50,635 bases of DNA from Alphaproteobacteria bacterium (GTDB lineage: Bacteria > Pseudomonadota > Alphaproteobacteria > Rickettsiales > SXRF01). The translations under genes and the position numbers were made by a program. Below the pieces are notes generated by a model, which searched no databases, was not told the origin of the DNA, and worked only from the letters and a program-made list of their open reading frames with translations. Of the stretch, positions 17,780 through 28,599 are shown piece by piece; position 1 is the first letter of the stretch, and each line of letters begins with the position of its first letter. The DNA is taken from NCBI GenBank assembly GCA_043763155.1, contig JAYULW010000046.1, positions 1 to 50,635 of the forward strand, read 5' to 3'.

Positions 17780-18700
17780 ATGCCCTTACAGTTTTTTCCG
17801 AATAAGCCCCATTTCGATTTCATGCGCAAACGCTGGCTGGGGTTTGGTTTTTCCATCGTGCTTACCCTGCTGTCACTGGGGCTTTTGTTCACCAAGGGCT
17901 TGAACCTTGGTATTGATTTTACGGGCGGGATTTTAATGGAAATCCACACCGAAAAAGAAGCTGATTTGCACACGCTGCGCGAAGCGCTGAACCATCAGGG
18001 TTTTGGCGAAATTTCGTTGCAGAATATGGGTTCGGTCAATGACGTGCTGGTGCGCATCCAGGTCGGGCATGACGACGACCAGTCGAAGATCACCGCGAAG
18101 GTGAAAGAAGTGCTGGCAAGCGTGGAAGGCGACAATGTTGACTACCGCAAGATTGATTTCGTGGGGCCGACCGTGGGGCAGGAGCTGGTGAATAATGGCA
18201 TTATGGCGGTGCTGTTCTCGTTTCTTGCCATCATGATGTATGTGTGGTTCCGCTTTGAATGGCAGTATGGCGTGGGCGCGATTATCGCGCTGGCGCATGA
18301 CAGCATCATGATCCTTGGGTTTTTCTCGGTTACGCGGTTTGAGTTCGGGCTTACGGCGATTGCGGCGATTTTGACCATCGTGGGGTATTCCATCAATGAT
18401 TCGGTGGTGATTTATGACCGTATCCGCGAGAATATGCGCCGGTACAAAAAGATGAGCGTGTTTGACCTGATCAATAACAGTATCAATGAAACGCTGTCGC
18501 GCACCGTTCTTACGGCCAGCACCACCTTGCTTGCGGCGCTTGCACTCGCACTGTTTGGCGGCGAGGTGATTGAAGGGTTTTCATGGGCGATGGTGTTTGG
18601 CGTGATTATCGGCACCTATTCGTCTATCTACCTGTCGGCGCCTGCTTTGTATTACCTGCAAATCCGCCCCTTGCCCGCGACTGAGCCTAAGGCTGCGTAA
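17780..18700 (+). CDS. secF: Protein translocase subunit SecF
   Basis: GLNLGIDFTGG, VGPTVGQEL, GYSINDSVVIYDRIRE, TLSRT, GTYSSI. Confidence 0.97.
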   Translation: MPLQFFPNKPHFDFMRKRWLGFGFSIVLTLLSLGLLFTKGLNLGIDFTGGILMEIHTEKEADLHTLREALNHQGFGEISLQNMGSVNDVLVRIQVGHDDDQSKITAKVKEVLASVEGDNVDYRKIDFVGPTVGQELVNNGIMAVLFSFLAIMMYVWFRFEWQYGVGAIIALAHDSIMILGFFSVTRFEFGLTAIAAILTIVGYSINDSVVIYDRIRENMRRYKKMSVFDLINNSINETLSRTVLTASTTLLAALALALFGGEVIEGFSWAMVFGVIIGTYSSIYLSAPALYYLQIRPLPATEPKAA

Positions 18701-19138
18701 ATGAACTACCCGGAGCTGTACGGCTATTTCTTCGAGGATTTGAAGGTTGGCATGCGCGGTACGGTGAGCCGCACGATTGCAGAAACGGATGTGCGCAATT
18801 TCGCGGGCGTTTCGGGTGATACGAACCCGATGCACCTGAATGAAGAATTCGGCAAGCAAACGCCTTTTGGCGGCTGTATTGTGCATGGCATGCTGACGGC
18901 CAGCCTTATTTCGGCGGTGATCGGCACAAAAATGCCGGGGCCGGGGTGCATTTACATGAGCCAGACACTGAAATTCATGGCGCCGGTAAAGGTTGGCGAC
19001 ACGGTGTATGCGGTGGTGACGGTCAAAGAGCTGATGCCGGAAAAGAAACGCGCCCTGTTTGAGACGAAGTGTTATGTCGGCGACACGGTGGTGATTGACG
19101 GCGAGGCGCTGATCAAGGTGCCTGCCAGAAAAGACTGA
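18701..19138 (+). CDS. MaoC/PhaJ-family (R)-specific enoyl-CoA hydratase
   Basis: FAGVSGDTNPMH, IVHGML, PGPG.IY..Q.LKF.APV. Confidence 0.9.
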   Translation: MNYPELYGYFFEDLKVGMRGTVSRTIAETDVRNFAGVSGDTNPMHLNEEFGKQTPFGGCIVHGMLTASLISAVIGTKMPGPGCIYMSQTLKFMAPVKVGDTVYAVVTVKELMPEKKRALFETKCYVGDTVVIDGEALIKVPARKD

Positions 19139-19139
19139 T

Positions 19140-20078
19140 ATGCAGATCATCCGCGATTTATCCCATTGTCCGGCGGCGCTGAAGGGCGCGGTGGTGGGCT
19201 TGGGAAATTTTGACGGGGTGCATCGGGGCCATGCGGCGATTTTGCGCACATGCGTGGAAGAAGCCAAGCGCCTTGGGGTGGTTCCTGCGGTGATGACGTT
19301 TTCGCCGCACCCACGGGAATTTTTTGCAAGGAATCCAGAGCCTTTGCGCCTCCAGAGTTTTCGCCAGAAGATGGAATTATTCCGCTCGGCGGGGATTGAG
19401 GCGGTGTTCGTGGTGCGCTTTAACGCCCGGTTTGCCGCGCAGTCGCCGGAAGCGTTTGTGCGCGATGTGCTGGGCCTGGATCTGGCCGCGCGGCATGTGG
19501 TGACGGGGTATAATTTTGCCTTCGGCAAGGGGCGCGGTGGGGATACGGCTTTCCTGAAGCAGGCCTGCGGGGCATTGGGGATTGGGTTTACGTCGTGCGA
19601 GCCGGTGGTATCAGATGGCGAAGGCGTTTCTTCAAGCGCGATACGGGTGCGGCTGCGCGAGGGCAAATTGCGCGAGGCTGCGGCGCTGCTGGGGCGCGAG
19701 TACAGCATCGAGGGCCGGGTGATCCATGGCGACAAGCGCGGCGGGGCGATGGGGTATCCGACGGCGAATATTGCGCTGGGGCGGCTGTTTCGGCCACGGT
19801 ATGGGGTGTATGGGGTGCGGATTTTAGTGGATGGGGTGGTGCATGGGGGCGTAGCTAACCTGGGGATTCGGCCTATGTTTGAGCTGAAGGAGCCGCTGCT
19901 TGAGGTGCATGCGTTTGACATGCGCGAGCGGCTGTATGGGAAATTGGTGCGTGTGGAGCTGGTGGATTTTATCCGCGAGGAGCGCTATTTTGATTCGCTC
20001 GACGGGCTTAAGGCCCAGATCGCGCGCGACGAGGCCGTGGCGCGGGGAATGCTGGAAGTGACAAAGGAAACGAAATGA
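19140..20078 (+). CDS. ribF: Bifunctional riboflavin kinase/FAD synthetase
   Basis: GNFDGVHRGH, VSSSAIR, GYPTAN, GVANLGIRP, LEVH.FD. Confidence 0.97.
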   Translation: MQIIRDLSHCPAALKGAVVGLGNFDGVHRGHAAILRTCVEEAKRLGVVPAVMTFSPHPREFFARNPEPLRLQSFRQKMELFRSAGIEAVFVVRFNARFAAQSPEAFVRDVLGLDLAARHVVTGYNFAFGKGRGGDTAFLKQACGALGIGFTSCEPVVSDGEGVSSSAIRVRLREGKLREAAALLGREYSIEGRVIHGDKRGGAMGYPTANIALGRLFRPRYGVYGVRILVDGVVHGGVANLGIRPMFELKEPLLEVHAFDMRERLYGKLVRVELVDFIREERYFDSLDGLKAQIARDEAVARGMLEVTKETK

Positions 20079-20587
20079 ATTTACGCACGCAAAGTTTTCC
20101 GCTGGGGCTGGGGGTGGCGCTGCTGGCGCTGGTGCTGGACCAGGTGAGCAAATGGCTGATTGTGACGCGCATTATTACCCCGGAAGCGCCGGTGGTGGAG
20201 GTGCTGCCGTTTTTCCATCTGGTGATGGTGTGGAACCACGGGATCAGCTTTGGGATGTTTGCGGCGTTCCGCCAGCCAATGCTGCTGACGGCGCTTTCGG
20301 TGATTATTGTGGGAATGCTTTTGATTTGGTTGAATAAAAACACCTCCCTGCTGGTGGCGGTGGCGCTGGGCTGCGTGATCGGGGGGGCGGTTGGTAATAT
20401 GTGGGACCGCCTGCATTACGGGGCGGTGGTGGATTTCCTCGATGTGGCGCTGGGGGATTATCACTGGCCCGCCTTCAATATTGCCGATAGCTGCATCTTC
20501 ATTGGGGTTGTACTTTTGTCTTTCAGCAGTATGTTTACGGAAACGCCAAAGAAACCCTCGGACACACCAAAAGGACCCTCGTTATGA
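20075..20587 (+). CDS. lspA: Lipoprotein signal peptidase II
   Basis: DQ.SK, NHGISFG, GGAVGN..DR, GAVVDF, WPAFNIAD. Confidence 0.96.
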   Translation: MNLRTQSFPLGLGVALLALVLDQVSKWLIVTRIITPEAPVVEVLPFFHLVMVWNHGISFGMFAAFRQPMLLTALSVIIVGMLLIWLNKNTSLLVAVALGCVIGGAVGNMWDRLHYGAVVDFLDVALGDYHWPAFNIADSCIFIGVVLLSFSSMFTETPKKPSDTPKGPSL

Positions 20588-21207
20588 AGTACTGGACATT
20601 GGCAATGGCGGCTAGCGCAGTGGCGCTTGGCGGTTGCACCAGCAGCACGGTGAAAGATACGCTTGGCCTTACGCGCGCCGCACCCGATGAATACCGCGTG
20701 GTGTCGCGCCCGCCGCTTTCGGTGCCGCCGCAGTTTTCGCTGCGCCCGCCTTCTGCAACGGATATGCCGCCGGGGCAAATTGCCGCATCGTCGCAGGCTG
20801 AGTCGCTGATGACAGGCAGCAATGCCAATGGCTCGCTGAACGCCAACACAGCCGTGACGCCGGTAAGCACGGGCAAGGTGGGCAAGATTGCCAAGGGTAA
20901 GAACGATACGGGCGTGAACGCCGCCGATTCGCAGTTCCTGCAGAATGCGGGCGCGGGTAGCGCTAATCCGCATGTGCGCGACGAGCTGGTGGAAGAGCGC
21001 TATGTGAAGGCCGATGAAAAAGACAACGCCCCGTGGTGGGATGTGTTTGACTGGACTGCCGATAAAAAAGACCCGACGGTGGATGCGAAAAAAGAAGCCA
21101 CCCGCATCCAGCAAAATGAAGACGAAGGAAAGCCCGTGACCGATGGCAAGACGCCAGATGTCAAAGCCCGCGATACGGGGCTTCTGGGCAAGATTTTTGA
21201 TTACTAG
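20584..21207 (+). CDS. DUF3035-like lipoprotein
   Basis: Lipobox LGGC, APDEY.VV.RPPL.VPP.F.LRPP, in the usual position after lspA. Confidence 0.82.
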   Translation: MKYWTLAMAASAVALGGCTSSTVKDTLGLTRAAPDEYRVVSRPPLSVPPQFSLRPPSATDMPPGQIAASSQAESLMTGSNANGSLNANTAVTPVSTGKVGKIAKGKNDTGVNAADSQFLQNAGAGSANPHVRDELVEERYVKADEKDNAPWWDVFDWTADKKDPTVDAKKEATRIQQNEDEGKPVTDGKTPDVKARDTGLLGKIFDY

Positions 21208-21232
21208 TATGATCACGCGCGAGCGCTGGGGT

Positions 21233-22585
21233 ATGATCACGAGCGGGCGTTTGGGTTTGGCGTTTGCTTTTGCGCTGGTGTGCGCGCCCATGGCAGTCGC
21301 TGCTGACACTACCCAAAGTTTTACGCTGGCGAACGGGCTTGAGGTGATCGTGATTCCCAATCACCGGGTGCCGGCAGTGAGCCATATGCTGTGGTACAAA
21401 ATTGGCGCGGCGGATGATCCGGCGGGGAAGTCGGGCCTCGCGCATTTCCATGAGCATATGATGTATCAGGGCACGGCGAAGCTGAAAAAAGGCGAATATT
21501 CGCAGACGATCGCCGAGCGCGGGGGGCAGGAAAATGCCTTTACGGGTGAAGATGCGACGTCGTATTACGTGAATATTTCCAAGAAGGAATTGCCGCTGGC
21601 GATGGAGCTGGAGGCCGAACGCATGCGCGGGCTAAAGCCGTCGGACGCGGATGCGCTGAAGGAAAAAGAAGTGATTATCGAAGAGCGCAGGATGCGGATT
21701 GAAAACAGCCCGGAGGCGCTGCTTTCGGAGCAGGTGAACGCGGCGCTTTATCGCAACCACCCGTATCACTGGCCCACCATTGGGTGGATGCATGAGATGC
21801 AGGGGCTGACCAAAAAAGACGTGCTGGATTTCCATGCGAAATATTACCATCCGAACAATGCCATCCTGATTGTGAGCGGGGATGTGACGGCGGATGAGGT
21901 GAAGGTGCAGGCGCAAAAATATTACGGGGATTTGCCGCGCGTGGCGGTGCCGGAGCGCATCTGGAACGACGAGCCGCCGCAGAATGCGGAGCGGCGGGTG
22001 GTGCTGCGGCATGTGAATGTGCAGCAGCCGAGCTGGTCACGCGATTATGCGACCGCCAGTGTGGCCTATGGCAAAAAGGAAGAAGCGCTGCCGCTGTTTA
22101 TGCTGTCGCAGCTGATGGGCGGGGGCAAGACCAGCCGGTTTTACACGTCGCTGGTGGTGGAGCAGAAAATCGCCACGGGTGTGGATGTGAGCTATAACGG
22201 GCTGGTGATCGGGCCTGCGGAGTTTTCGCTGGGGGTTGTGCCCGCGCCGGGTGTTTCGCTGGAGACGGTGGAAAAGGCGGTGGATGCGGAAATTGCCAAG
22301 GTGCTGGATAAGGGCTTCAGCGCGGAGGAAATGACGCGGGCGAAGACGCTTTTGAAAGCTGAGACGCTGTATGCGCGCGATGGGCTGACCTCCATGGCGC
22401 GGATTATGGGCTGGGTGCGCATGTGCGGGCTGGATAAGGATTATTTCACGCGCTGGCCGGATTTGATTGAGGCGGTGACGCCGGAACAGATCGCGGCTGC
22501 GGCCAAAGATACGCTGGTGTTGACGCATTCGGTGACGGCGGAGCTGCTGCCGGAAGTAGCGCCCGCGGTGGAGAAAAAGCCATGA
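21233..22585 (+). CDS. M16 (pitrilysin-like) zinc peptidase, catalytic subunit
   Basis: GKSGLAHFHEH inverted zinc motif HxxEH, NAFT, EERR, signal peptide. Alternative start at 21209. Confidence 0.93.
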   Translation: MITSGRLGLAFAFALVCAPMAVAADTTQSFTLANGLEVIVIPNHRVPAVSHMLWYKIGAADDPAGKSGLAHFHEHMMYQGTAKLKKGEYSQTIAERGGQENAFTGEDATSYYVNISKKELPLAMELEAERMRGLKPSDADALKEKEVIIEERRMRIENSPEALLSEQVNAALYRNHPYHWPTIGWMHEMQGLTKKDVLDFHAKYYHPNNAILIVSGDVTADEVKVQAQKYYGDLPRVAVPERIWNDEPPQNAERRVVLRHVNVQQPSWSRDYATASVAYGKKEEALPLFMLSQLMGGGKTSRFYTSLVVEQKIATGVDVSYNGLVIGPAEFSLGVVPAPGVSLETVEKAVDAEIAKVLDKGFSAEEMTRAKTLLKAETLYARDGLTSMARIMGWVRMCGLDKDYFTRWPDLIEAVTPEQIAAAAKDTLVLTHSVTAELLPEVAPAVEKKP

Positions 22586-23895
22586 GGAAATTAGTGCTGA
22601 TGGCGTTGCTGCTGTGGCCTGCGCCCGCATTTGCCACGCAAGTGCAGGAGGTGGTAAGCGCGAAGGGCGTGAAAGCGTGGCTGGTGGAAGACCATGCGCT
22701 GCCGCTGATTGCGGTGAAGTTTACATTCCTCGATAGCGGCATTGCGTATGACCCCAAGGGCAAAGGCGGGCGGGCGAGTATGGCCGCTTCCATGCTGATG
22801 GAGGGGGCGGGGCAGCTGGACGCAACCGCGTTTAGCAAGGCGCTGGAAGACCATGCCATTGAGCTGGGGTTTGGCGCGGATGAGGATGGGTTTTCCGGCT
22901 CGATGAGCAGCATCAGCGAATATACGCCGCAGGCATTTTCGTATCTGGGGATGGCGCTGAATGCGCCGCGCTTTGATGCGGTGGCCATGGAGCGGGTGCG
23001 CCAGCAGATGCTTTCGGCGCAAACGCAACAGCAGAAAGACCCGGAATATTTATTACAGCGGCGCTGGGCGGCGCAAATTTATGGCGACCACCCTTATGCA
23101 AACGCGGCGCTGGGGACGGATGCGAGCGTGAAGGCGCTCTCTGACGCCGATTTGAAGGGGTATATGCAGGCGTATCTGGCGCGCGACCGGCTGGTGGTTT
23201 CGGTGGTGGGGGATATTACGCCGGAGGCATTGAAGCCGCTTTTGGATGAAGAATTCGGGAATCTGCCAGCAACCGCTAAACCGGATGTGGTGGTTTCGGA
23301 TGTGAAGCTGCCTTTGGCTGCGAAGCAAGATGTGGTGGATAGCGATATTCCGCAGACGGTGGCGGTGTTTGGCACGCAAGGGATCATGCGCGACGACAAG
23401 GCGTTTTATGACGCGTATGTGATGAATTATTTGCTGGGCGGCAGCTCGCTTAGCAGCAAATTATTTTCCGAAGTGCGGGAGAAGCGCGGGCTTACCTACA
23501 GCATTTCGTCGAACCTGATGCCGATGCGCCATGCGGCTGTATGGGGCGGCGGGTTTGCGACGCGTAATGAAAAAGTGGGTGAGGCGGTGGCGGCACTGCG
23601 CGATGTGCTGGGGCGCTTTGCGAAAGAAGGGCCTACGGATAAAGAATTGAAACAGGCGAAGCAGTATTTGACGGGTTCGTTTGTGCTGGGGCTGGACAGC
23701 AACCATGAGATTGCGAGCTACCTGATTACCATGCAGGTGAACCATCTGGGGATTGATTATCTTGACCGGCGCAACGCGCTGATGGAAGGCGTGACCAAAG
23801 AAGGCGTGAAGGCGATTGCAGCAAAGCTGGTGGACCCGAAGGGGCTGCAGGTGGTGATGGTGGGCAAGCCTGTTCTGGAGAAGGCTAAGCCATGA
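22582..23895 (+). CDS. M16 peptidase, non-catalytic partner subunit
   Basis: Signal peptide, lacks HxxEH, has EVREKRGLTY; overlaps the previous stop. Confidence 0.92.
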   Translation: MRKLVLMALLLWPAPAFATQVQEVVSAKGVKAWLVEDHALPLIAVKFTFLDSGIAYDPKGKGGRASMAASMLMEGAGQLDATAFSKALEDHAIELGFGADEDGFSGSMSSISEYTPQAFSYLGMALNAPRFDAVAMERVRQQMLSAQTQQQKDPEYLLQRRWAAQIYGDHPYANAALGTDASVKALSDADLKGYMQAYLARDRLVVSVVGDITPEALKPLLDEEFGNLPATAKPDVVVSDVKLPLAAKQDVVDSDIPQTVAVFGTQGIMRDDKAFYDAYVMNYLLGGSSLSSKLFSEVREKRGLTYSISSNLMPMRHAAVWGGGFATRNEKVGEAVAALRDVLGRFAKEGPTDKELKQAKQYLTGSFVLGLDSNHEIASYLITMQVNHLGIDYLDRRNALMEGVTKEGVKAIAAKLVDPKGLQVVMVGKPVLEKAKP

Positions 23896-25718
23896 GCCTG
23901 CGCATTTTACCAACCACATTGGTGAACCGGATTGCGGCGGGTGAGGTGGTGGAGCGGCCAGCGTCGGTGCTGAAGGAGCTGGTGGAAAACGCGATTGACG
24001 CGGGCGCCCGGCAAGTGGATGTGACGCTGGAGCAGGCGGGGAAAAACCGCATCATCGTGCAGGATAATGGCAAGGGGATGGACAAAAACGAGCTGGCGCT
24101 TGCGGTGCAGCGGCATGCAACGTCCAAGCTGCCGTCGGATGATTTGCTGGATATTCAGTTCCTGGGGTTCCGGGGGGAGGCGCTGCCCTCCATCGGCTCG
24201 GTGAGCCGCTTGACGGTGACCACGCGCCAGAAGGATAGCACGCATGGCTGGAGCCTGCGGGTGGAAGGTGGCGATGTGGGCGAGGTGGAGCCTGCGACGT
24301 GCAATGTGGGGACGCGCGTTGAGGTGCGGGATTTGTTTTATGCAACCCCGGCGCGGCTTAAATTTTTGAAGAGTGAGCGCACGGAAGTGCAGGCGGCGGA
24401 AGATACGCTGACGCGGCTTGCCATGGCGCATCCGGATGTTGGGTTTACGCTGAATTCGGATGGGCGGGACCTGCTGAATGTGCGGCCGGAAAATGATTTG
24501 CTGGACGGGCGGCTGCGCAGGCTTTGCAGCATTATGGGCGCGGGCTTTGCGGAAAATGCGCTGGTGCTGGACAGGGAGCGCGAAGGGGTGAAGCTTACGG
24601 GCTTTGCGGCGCTGCCGACCTTTAACCGGGGGACCAGCTCGGAGCAGTATTTATTCGTGAACCAGAGGCCGGTGCGGGATAAATTATTGCTGGGCGCGAT
24701 ACGCGGGGCCTATGCCGATGTGCTGGCGAATAACCGCCATGCGGTGGTGGTTTTGTTTTTGGATATTGACTCGCAGGAGGTGGACGTGAACGTGCATCCG
24801 GCGAAGGCGGAGGTGCGGTTCCGCGATAGCCAGCTGGTGCGCGGGCTGATGGTAGGGGCGATCAAGCATGCGCTTTCGGAAGCGGGCTTCAGGGCCAGCA
24901 CGGAAGTGGCGGCGAATGCGCTGCAGAGCTTTGCGAGTGTTTCCAGCCCTCATTTTTCGCCGCAGCCGAGGCAGCAATCGTTTTACGCGTATGATTTGCC
25001 GCGGGATAATTTCTCTGGCGGATTTTCGGAAGGCGGGTCGTTGCCCAGCGCGCAGGATTATGGCCAGAACCCGATGTTCAGCCCAATGGCGAAGCCTGCG
25101 GTGGCAGAAGCCGCGCCTTCGTTTGATGAGATGCTGTATCCGCTGGGGGCAGCGCGGGCGCAGCTGCACAAGACCTACATTGTGGCGGAAACCGTGGACG
25201 GGCTGGTGGTTGTGGACCAGCATGCGGCGCATGAGCGGCTGGTGTATGAGCGCATGAAGCAGGATTTGGCGCAGCACGGGGTGCCTACGCAAAAATTATT
25301 GATTCCTGAGGTGGTTGCGCTAGACGAAGCACTGTGCGAATGTCTATTGGCACGCCAGCAGGAATTAATGGAATTTGGACTTATGGTTGAAGCATTTGGG
25401 CCGGGCACGGTTGTGGTGAGGGAAACCCCGGCGTTGCTGGGGGAAGTGAATGTGGCCGAAATGATTACCGAGCTTGCCGATAATTTGCGCGAGTATGGCG
25501 AGGCGCTGGCTTTGAAAGAACATATCGAGGAACTGTGCGGCACGATGGCGTGCCATGGCAGTGTGCGGGCGGGACGCACCATGAACGTGGCGGAGATGAA
25601 TGCGTTGCTTCGCCAGATGGAGCAGACGCCGTTTTCGGGGCAGTGCAACCACGGACGGCCTACCTATATCGAGCTGAAGCGCAAGGACATCGAGAAGTTG
25701 TTCGGGAGGCGCGGATGA
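23892..25718 (+). CDS. mutL: DNA mismatch repair endonuclease MutL
   Basis: NRIAAGEVVERPASV.KELVEN, GFRGEAL, DQHAAHER endonuclease motif, ACH, CNHGRP. Confidence 0.98.
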   Translation: MSLRILPTTLVNRIAAGEVVERPASVLKELVENAIDAGARQVDVTLEQAGKNRIIVQDNGKGMDKNELALAVQRHATSKLPSDDLLDIQFLGFRGEALPSIGSVSRLTVTTRQKDSTHGWSLRVEGGDVGEVEPATCNVGTRVEVRDLFYATPARLKFLKSERTEVQAAEDTLTRLAMAHPDVGFTLNSDGRDLLNVRPENDLLDGRLRRLCSIMGAGFAENALVLDREREGVKLTGFAALPTFNRGTSSEQYLFVNQRPVRDKLLLGAIRGAYADVLANNRHAVVVLFLDIDSQEVDVNVHPAKAEVRFRDSQLVRGLMVGAIKHALSEAGFRASTEVAANALQSFASVSSPHFSPQPRQQSFYAYDLPRDNFSGGFSEGGSLPSAQDYGQNPMFSPMAKPAVAEAAPSFDEMLYPLGAARAQLHKTYIVAETVDGLVVVDQHAAHERLVYERMKQDLAQHGVPTQKLLIPEVVALDEALCECLLARQQELMEFGLMVEAFGPGTVVVRETPALLGEVNVAEMITELADNLREYGEALALKEHIEELCGTMACHGSVRAGRTMNVAEMNALLRQMEQTPFSGQCNHGRPTYIELKRKDIEKLFGRRG

Positions 25719-26707
25719 CGTTTTATATTATCCTGTCGCTTTCGGCGTTTTTGCTGTCGCTTTTGGGCACGCGGCTTACCATTCTGGCGCTGCGCAAGAA
25801 GCAGGTGCCGCTGACGCCGCTGGAAATACAGCAGAAAAAAATGCAGCCCGCGCCCACTGGCGGCGGGGTGGCGGTGGTGATGACGATGATCATCTGCCTG
25901 CTGGTGGCCGATATTGATTACGGGATTGTACTGTCGCTTTTCCTGCTGGCGGCGCTTTCGCTGCTGGACGATCTGATCGGCGTGGTGGGGCCGATTCGCC
26001 TGCTGGTGCAGGTGCTGGCGGTGCTGATTGCGCTCGGAGTTGTGGATACGCCGGTGTTTGGCGGGATGCTGCCGCTGTGGCTGGATAAGGGCATTGTGGT
26101 GGTGATGTGGGTGTGGGTGATCAATATGTTCCATTTCATGGACGGGATTGACGGGATTACGCCCACTGAGATGATTTGCATCGGGCTGGGGCTTTGCGTG
26201 CTTACCATTATCAGCGACACGTTTCCGACGCAGCTTTCCACCTATAGCCTGGTCCTGTTTGCGGCGGGGTGGGGATTCATGTGGTGGAACTGGTATCCGG
26301 CGAAGATTCGCCTTGGCGATGTGGGTACGGTGCCGATCGGGTTTTTCGTGGGGTATTTATTGCTGCTGGCGATTAATGCCGGGTATGGGTATGCGGCGGC
26401 GATTTTGCCTGCATATTATATTTCCGATACGGCGCTTACGATGATTTACCGGGCGTCGAAGGGCAAGCGCATGCTGGCGCGGCACTCGGAATATTATTAC
26501 CGCAAGGCCGTGAGCAAAGGGCGCAGGCACGATACGGTGGCGCGCTATGTGTTTGGCGTGAACCTGCTGCTGATTTTGCTGGCGACGTTTAGCGTTATCA
26601 ATCCGGAGCTGGCGGCATTCTTTACAGGGCTTGCGTATATGGCCGTGTTTATGATCCTTGGCTTTTTTGCCTACACACCGCACAACCCGAACCATGAACC
26701 TTTCTAG
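25715..26707 (+). CDS. MraY/WecA(WbpL)-like polyprenyl-phosphate sugar-phosphate transferase (GT4 family)
   Basis: Multi-TM; PTGGG, LLDD, N..HFMDGIDG, WN.YPAKI.LGD.G. Real start MTFYII overlaps the mutL stop. Confidence 0.85.
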   Translation: MTFYIILSLSAFLLSLLGTRLTILALRKKQVPLTPLEIQQKKMQPAPTGGGVAVVMTMIICLLVADIDYGIVLSLFLLAALSLLDDLIGVVGPIRLLVQVLAVLIALGVVDTPVFGGMLPLWLDKGIVVVMWVWVINMFHFMDGIDGITPTEMICIGLGLCVLTIISDTFPTQLSTYSLVLFAAGWGFMWWNWYPAKIRLGDVGTVPIGFFVGYLLLLAINAGYGYAAAILPAYYISDTALTMIYRASKGKRMLARHSEYYYRKAVSKGRRHDTVARYVFGVNLLLILLATFSVINPELAAFFTGLAYMAVFMILGFFAYTPHNPNHEPF

Positions 26708-28595
26708 CGTACGTTTTAACCGCAATTTGCTGGCTGCGTTTCACGACGCGGGCATGGCAGCGCTGAGCTTTGTGCTGTCAGTGTATATCCGCCTTGGGTC
26801 TGAGCAGTGGTACCTGGCACAGGATTACCTTGTTTCGGGTGCGGTGGGCTTTACGATTGTAAGCGCGGTGGTGTTTGCGTATATGCGCCTGTACCGGGGC
26901 TTGTGGCGCTATGCTTCGATGCAGGACATGGTGGCGATTGTGAAGGCGGTGACGCTCAGTGTGCTGTGTTTTGCGGTGGTGATGTTCGTGCTTACGCGCC
27001 TGCAGGGCATGCCGCGTTCGGTGCTGTTTATCAACTGGATGCTGCTTTCGTTTATGCTGGGGGGGCCGCGCTTCCTGTACCGGGCGTTTAACGACCGTAC
27101 GTTCAAGCTTAGTTTTAGCTTGCGGGAATCGCCCAAGATTCCGGTGCTTTTGATCGGGGCGGGGGATCAGTCGGAGCAATTTATCCGCGATATGTCGCGC
27201 GATTCACGCGCGCCGTTTCGGGTTGTTGGGCTGGTGGATAATAATGCGGCGCAAAAAGGGCGCACGATTCACCGGGTGCGCATTTATGGCGATACGGGCG
27301 CGATCGGGCATATCATCCGCAAGCTGGAGCGCAAAGGGGAGAAGCCGCAGAAGCTGATTGTGGCCGATGATAATGCGGGCGGGTCGAACATCCGGTATTT
27401 GCTGGAGCTGGCCGACCAGATGGGGATTCCGCTGGCGCGCCTGCCGCGCCTTAGCGAGTTTAAGCATGGGCTTTCGGACCGGTTGGAGGTTAGGCCGATT
27501 GCGGTGGAAGATTTGCTGGGGCGGCCGCAAAATGTGCTGGACCGCGACAGTATGCGCGCGCTGGTGCAGAATAAGCGCGTACTGGTGACGGGTGCTGGCG
27601 GCACGATTGGCGGGGAGTTGACGCGGCAATTGGCGGCTTTCCAGCCTGCGGAGCTGATCCTGATGGAGGCGAGTGAATTCAATCTTTATCACATTGATCT
27701 TGAGGTGCGCAGGACGTTTCCGGATTTGAAGCTGACCATCGTGCTGTGCGACGTGCGCGATGTGCGGCATGTGGATGTGGTGTTTCGCGCGCACAAGCCG
27801 GAGCTGGTGTTCCATGCGGCGGCCATCAAGCATGTGCCGATGGCGGAAATCAATATTGAAGAAACGGTGCTGACCAATGTGTTTGGCACGCGCAACATTG
27901 CCGAGGCCAGCCAGAAGCATCTGGTGCAGGCGATGGTGATGATTTCGACCGATAAGGCGGTGAACCCCGGTAATGTGATGGGGGCCACCAAGCGGCTTGC
28001 GGAGAGCTTTTGCCAGGCGCTGGGGAGCGCGGAGCGCAGTATGGGCAAGACCAAGTTTATCACGGTGCGGTTTGGCAATGTGCTTGGCTCTACCGGGTCG
28101 GTGGTGCCGCTGTTTCAGGAGCAGCTTAAGCGCGGCGGGCCGCTTACGGTTACGCACCGCGACATTACGCGGTATTTTATGACGGTGCGCGAGGCGGTGG
28201 AGCTGGTTTTGCAGGCCGCTGTTTTGGGCGCGGGGTATGAAGAACGGCAGGAATGTATTTTTGTGCTGGATATGGGCCAGCCGGTGCGTATTTACGACCT
28301 TGCGGTGCAGATGGTGAAGCTGGCAGGGCTTAGGCCGGATGAGGATATTAAGATTGAATTTACGGGGCTTAGGCCGGGGGAAAAGCTGTATGAGGAGCTA
28401 TTCCACTTTAATGAGAGCGTGGTGAAGACCCGGCATGAGAGCATTTCGCTTGCCAGCCCGCGTTTTGCTGATATGAACTCCCTGCGAAAATCGCTCGATA
28501 CGCTGTATGTGTATTGCTCCGAGCGCAAGACCGAGGAGGCATTGGCGCTTTTGAAGCAGCTGGTGCCTGAATTTAAATCCCTTTTCCATCCATGA
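26694..28595 (+). CDS. PglF/WbpM/CapD-like nucleoside-diphosphate sugar 4,6-dehydratase
   Basis: Four N-terminal TMs, [65 protein letters not shown]. Confidence 0.93.
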   Translation: MNLSSVRFNRNLLAAFHDAGMAALSFVLSVYIRLGSEQWYLAQDYLVSGAVGFTIVSAVVFAYMRLYRGLWRYASMQDMVAIVKAVTLSVLCFAVVMFVLTRLQGMPRSVLFINWMLLSFMLGGPRFLYRAFNDRTFKLSFSLRESPKIPVLLIGAGDQSEQFIRDMSRDSRAPFRVVGLVDNNAAQKGRTIHRVRIYGDTGAIGHIIRKLERKGEKPQKLIVADDNAGGSNIRYLLELADQMGIPLARLPRLSEFKHGLSDRLEVRPIAVEDLLGRPQNVLDRDSMRALVQNKRVLVTGAGGTIGGELTRQLAAFQPAELILMEASEFNLYHIDLEVRRTFPDLKLTIVLCDVRDVRHVDVVFRAHKPELVFHAAAIKHVPMAEINIEETVLTNVFGTRNIAEASQKHLVQAMVMISTDKAVNPGNVMGATKRLAESFCQALGSAERSMGKTKFITVRFGNVLGSTGSVVPLFQEQLKRGGPLTVTHRDITRYFMTVREAVELVLQAAVLGAGYEERQECIFVLDMGQPVRIYDLAVQMVKLAGLRPDEDIKIEFTGLRPGEKLYEELFHFNESVVKTRHESISLASPRFADMNSLRKSLDTLYVYCSERKTEEALALLKQLVPEFKSLFHP

Positions 28596-28599
28596 GTGT

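Noticed and set aside
21207-21241. Repeated GTATGATCACG at the M16 peptidase start
   Set aside because: A short 24-nt-period duplication that only gives two alternative in-frame starts; no evidence of function.
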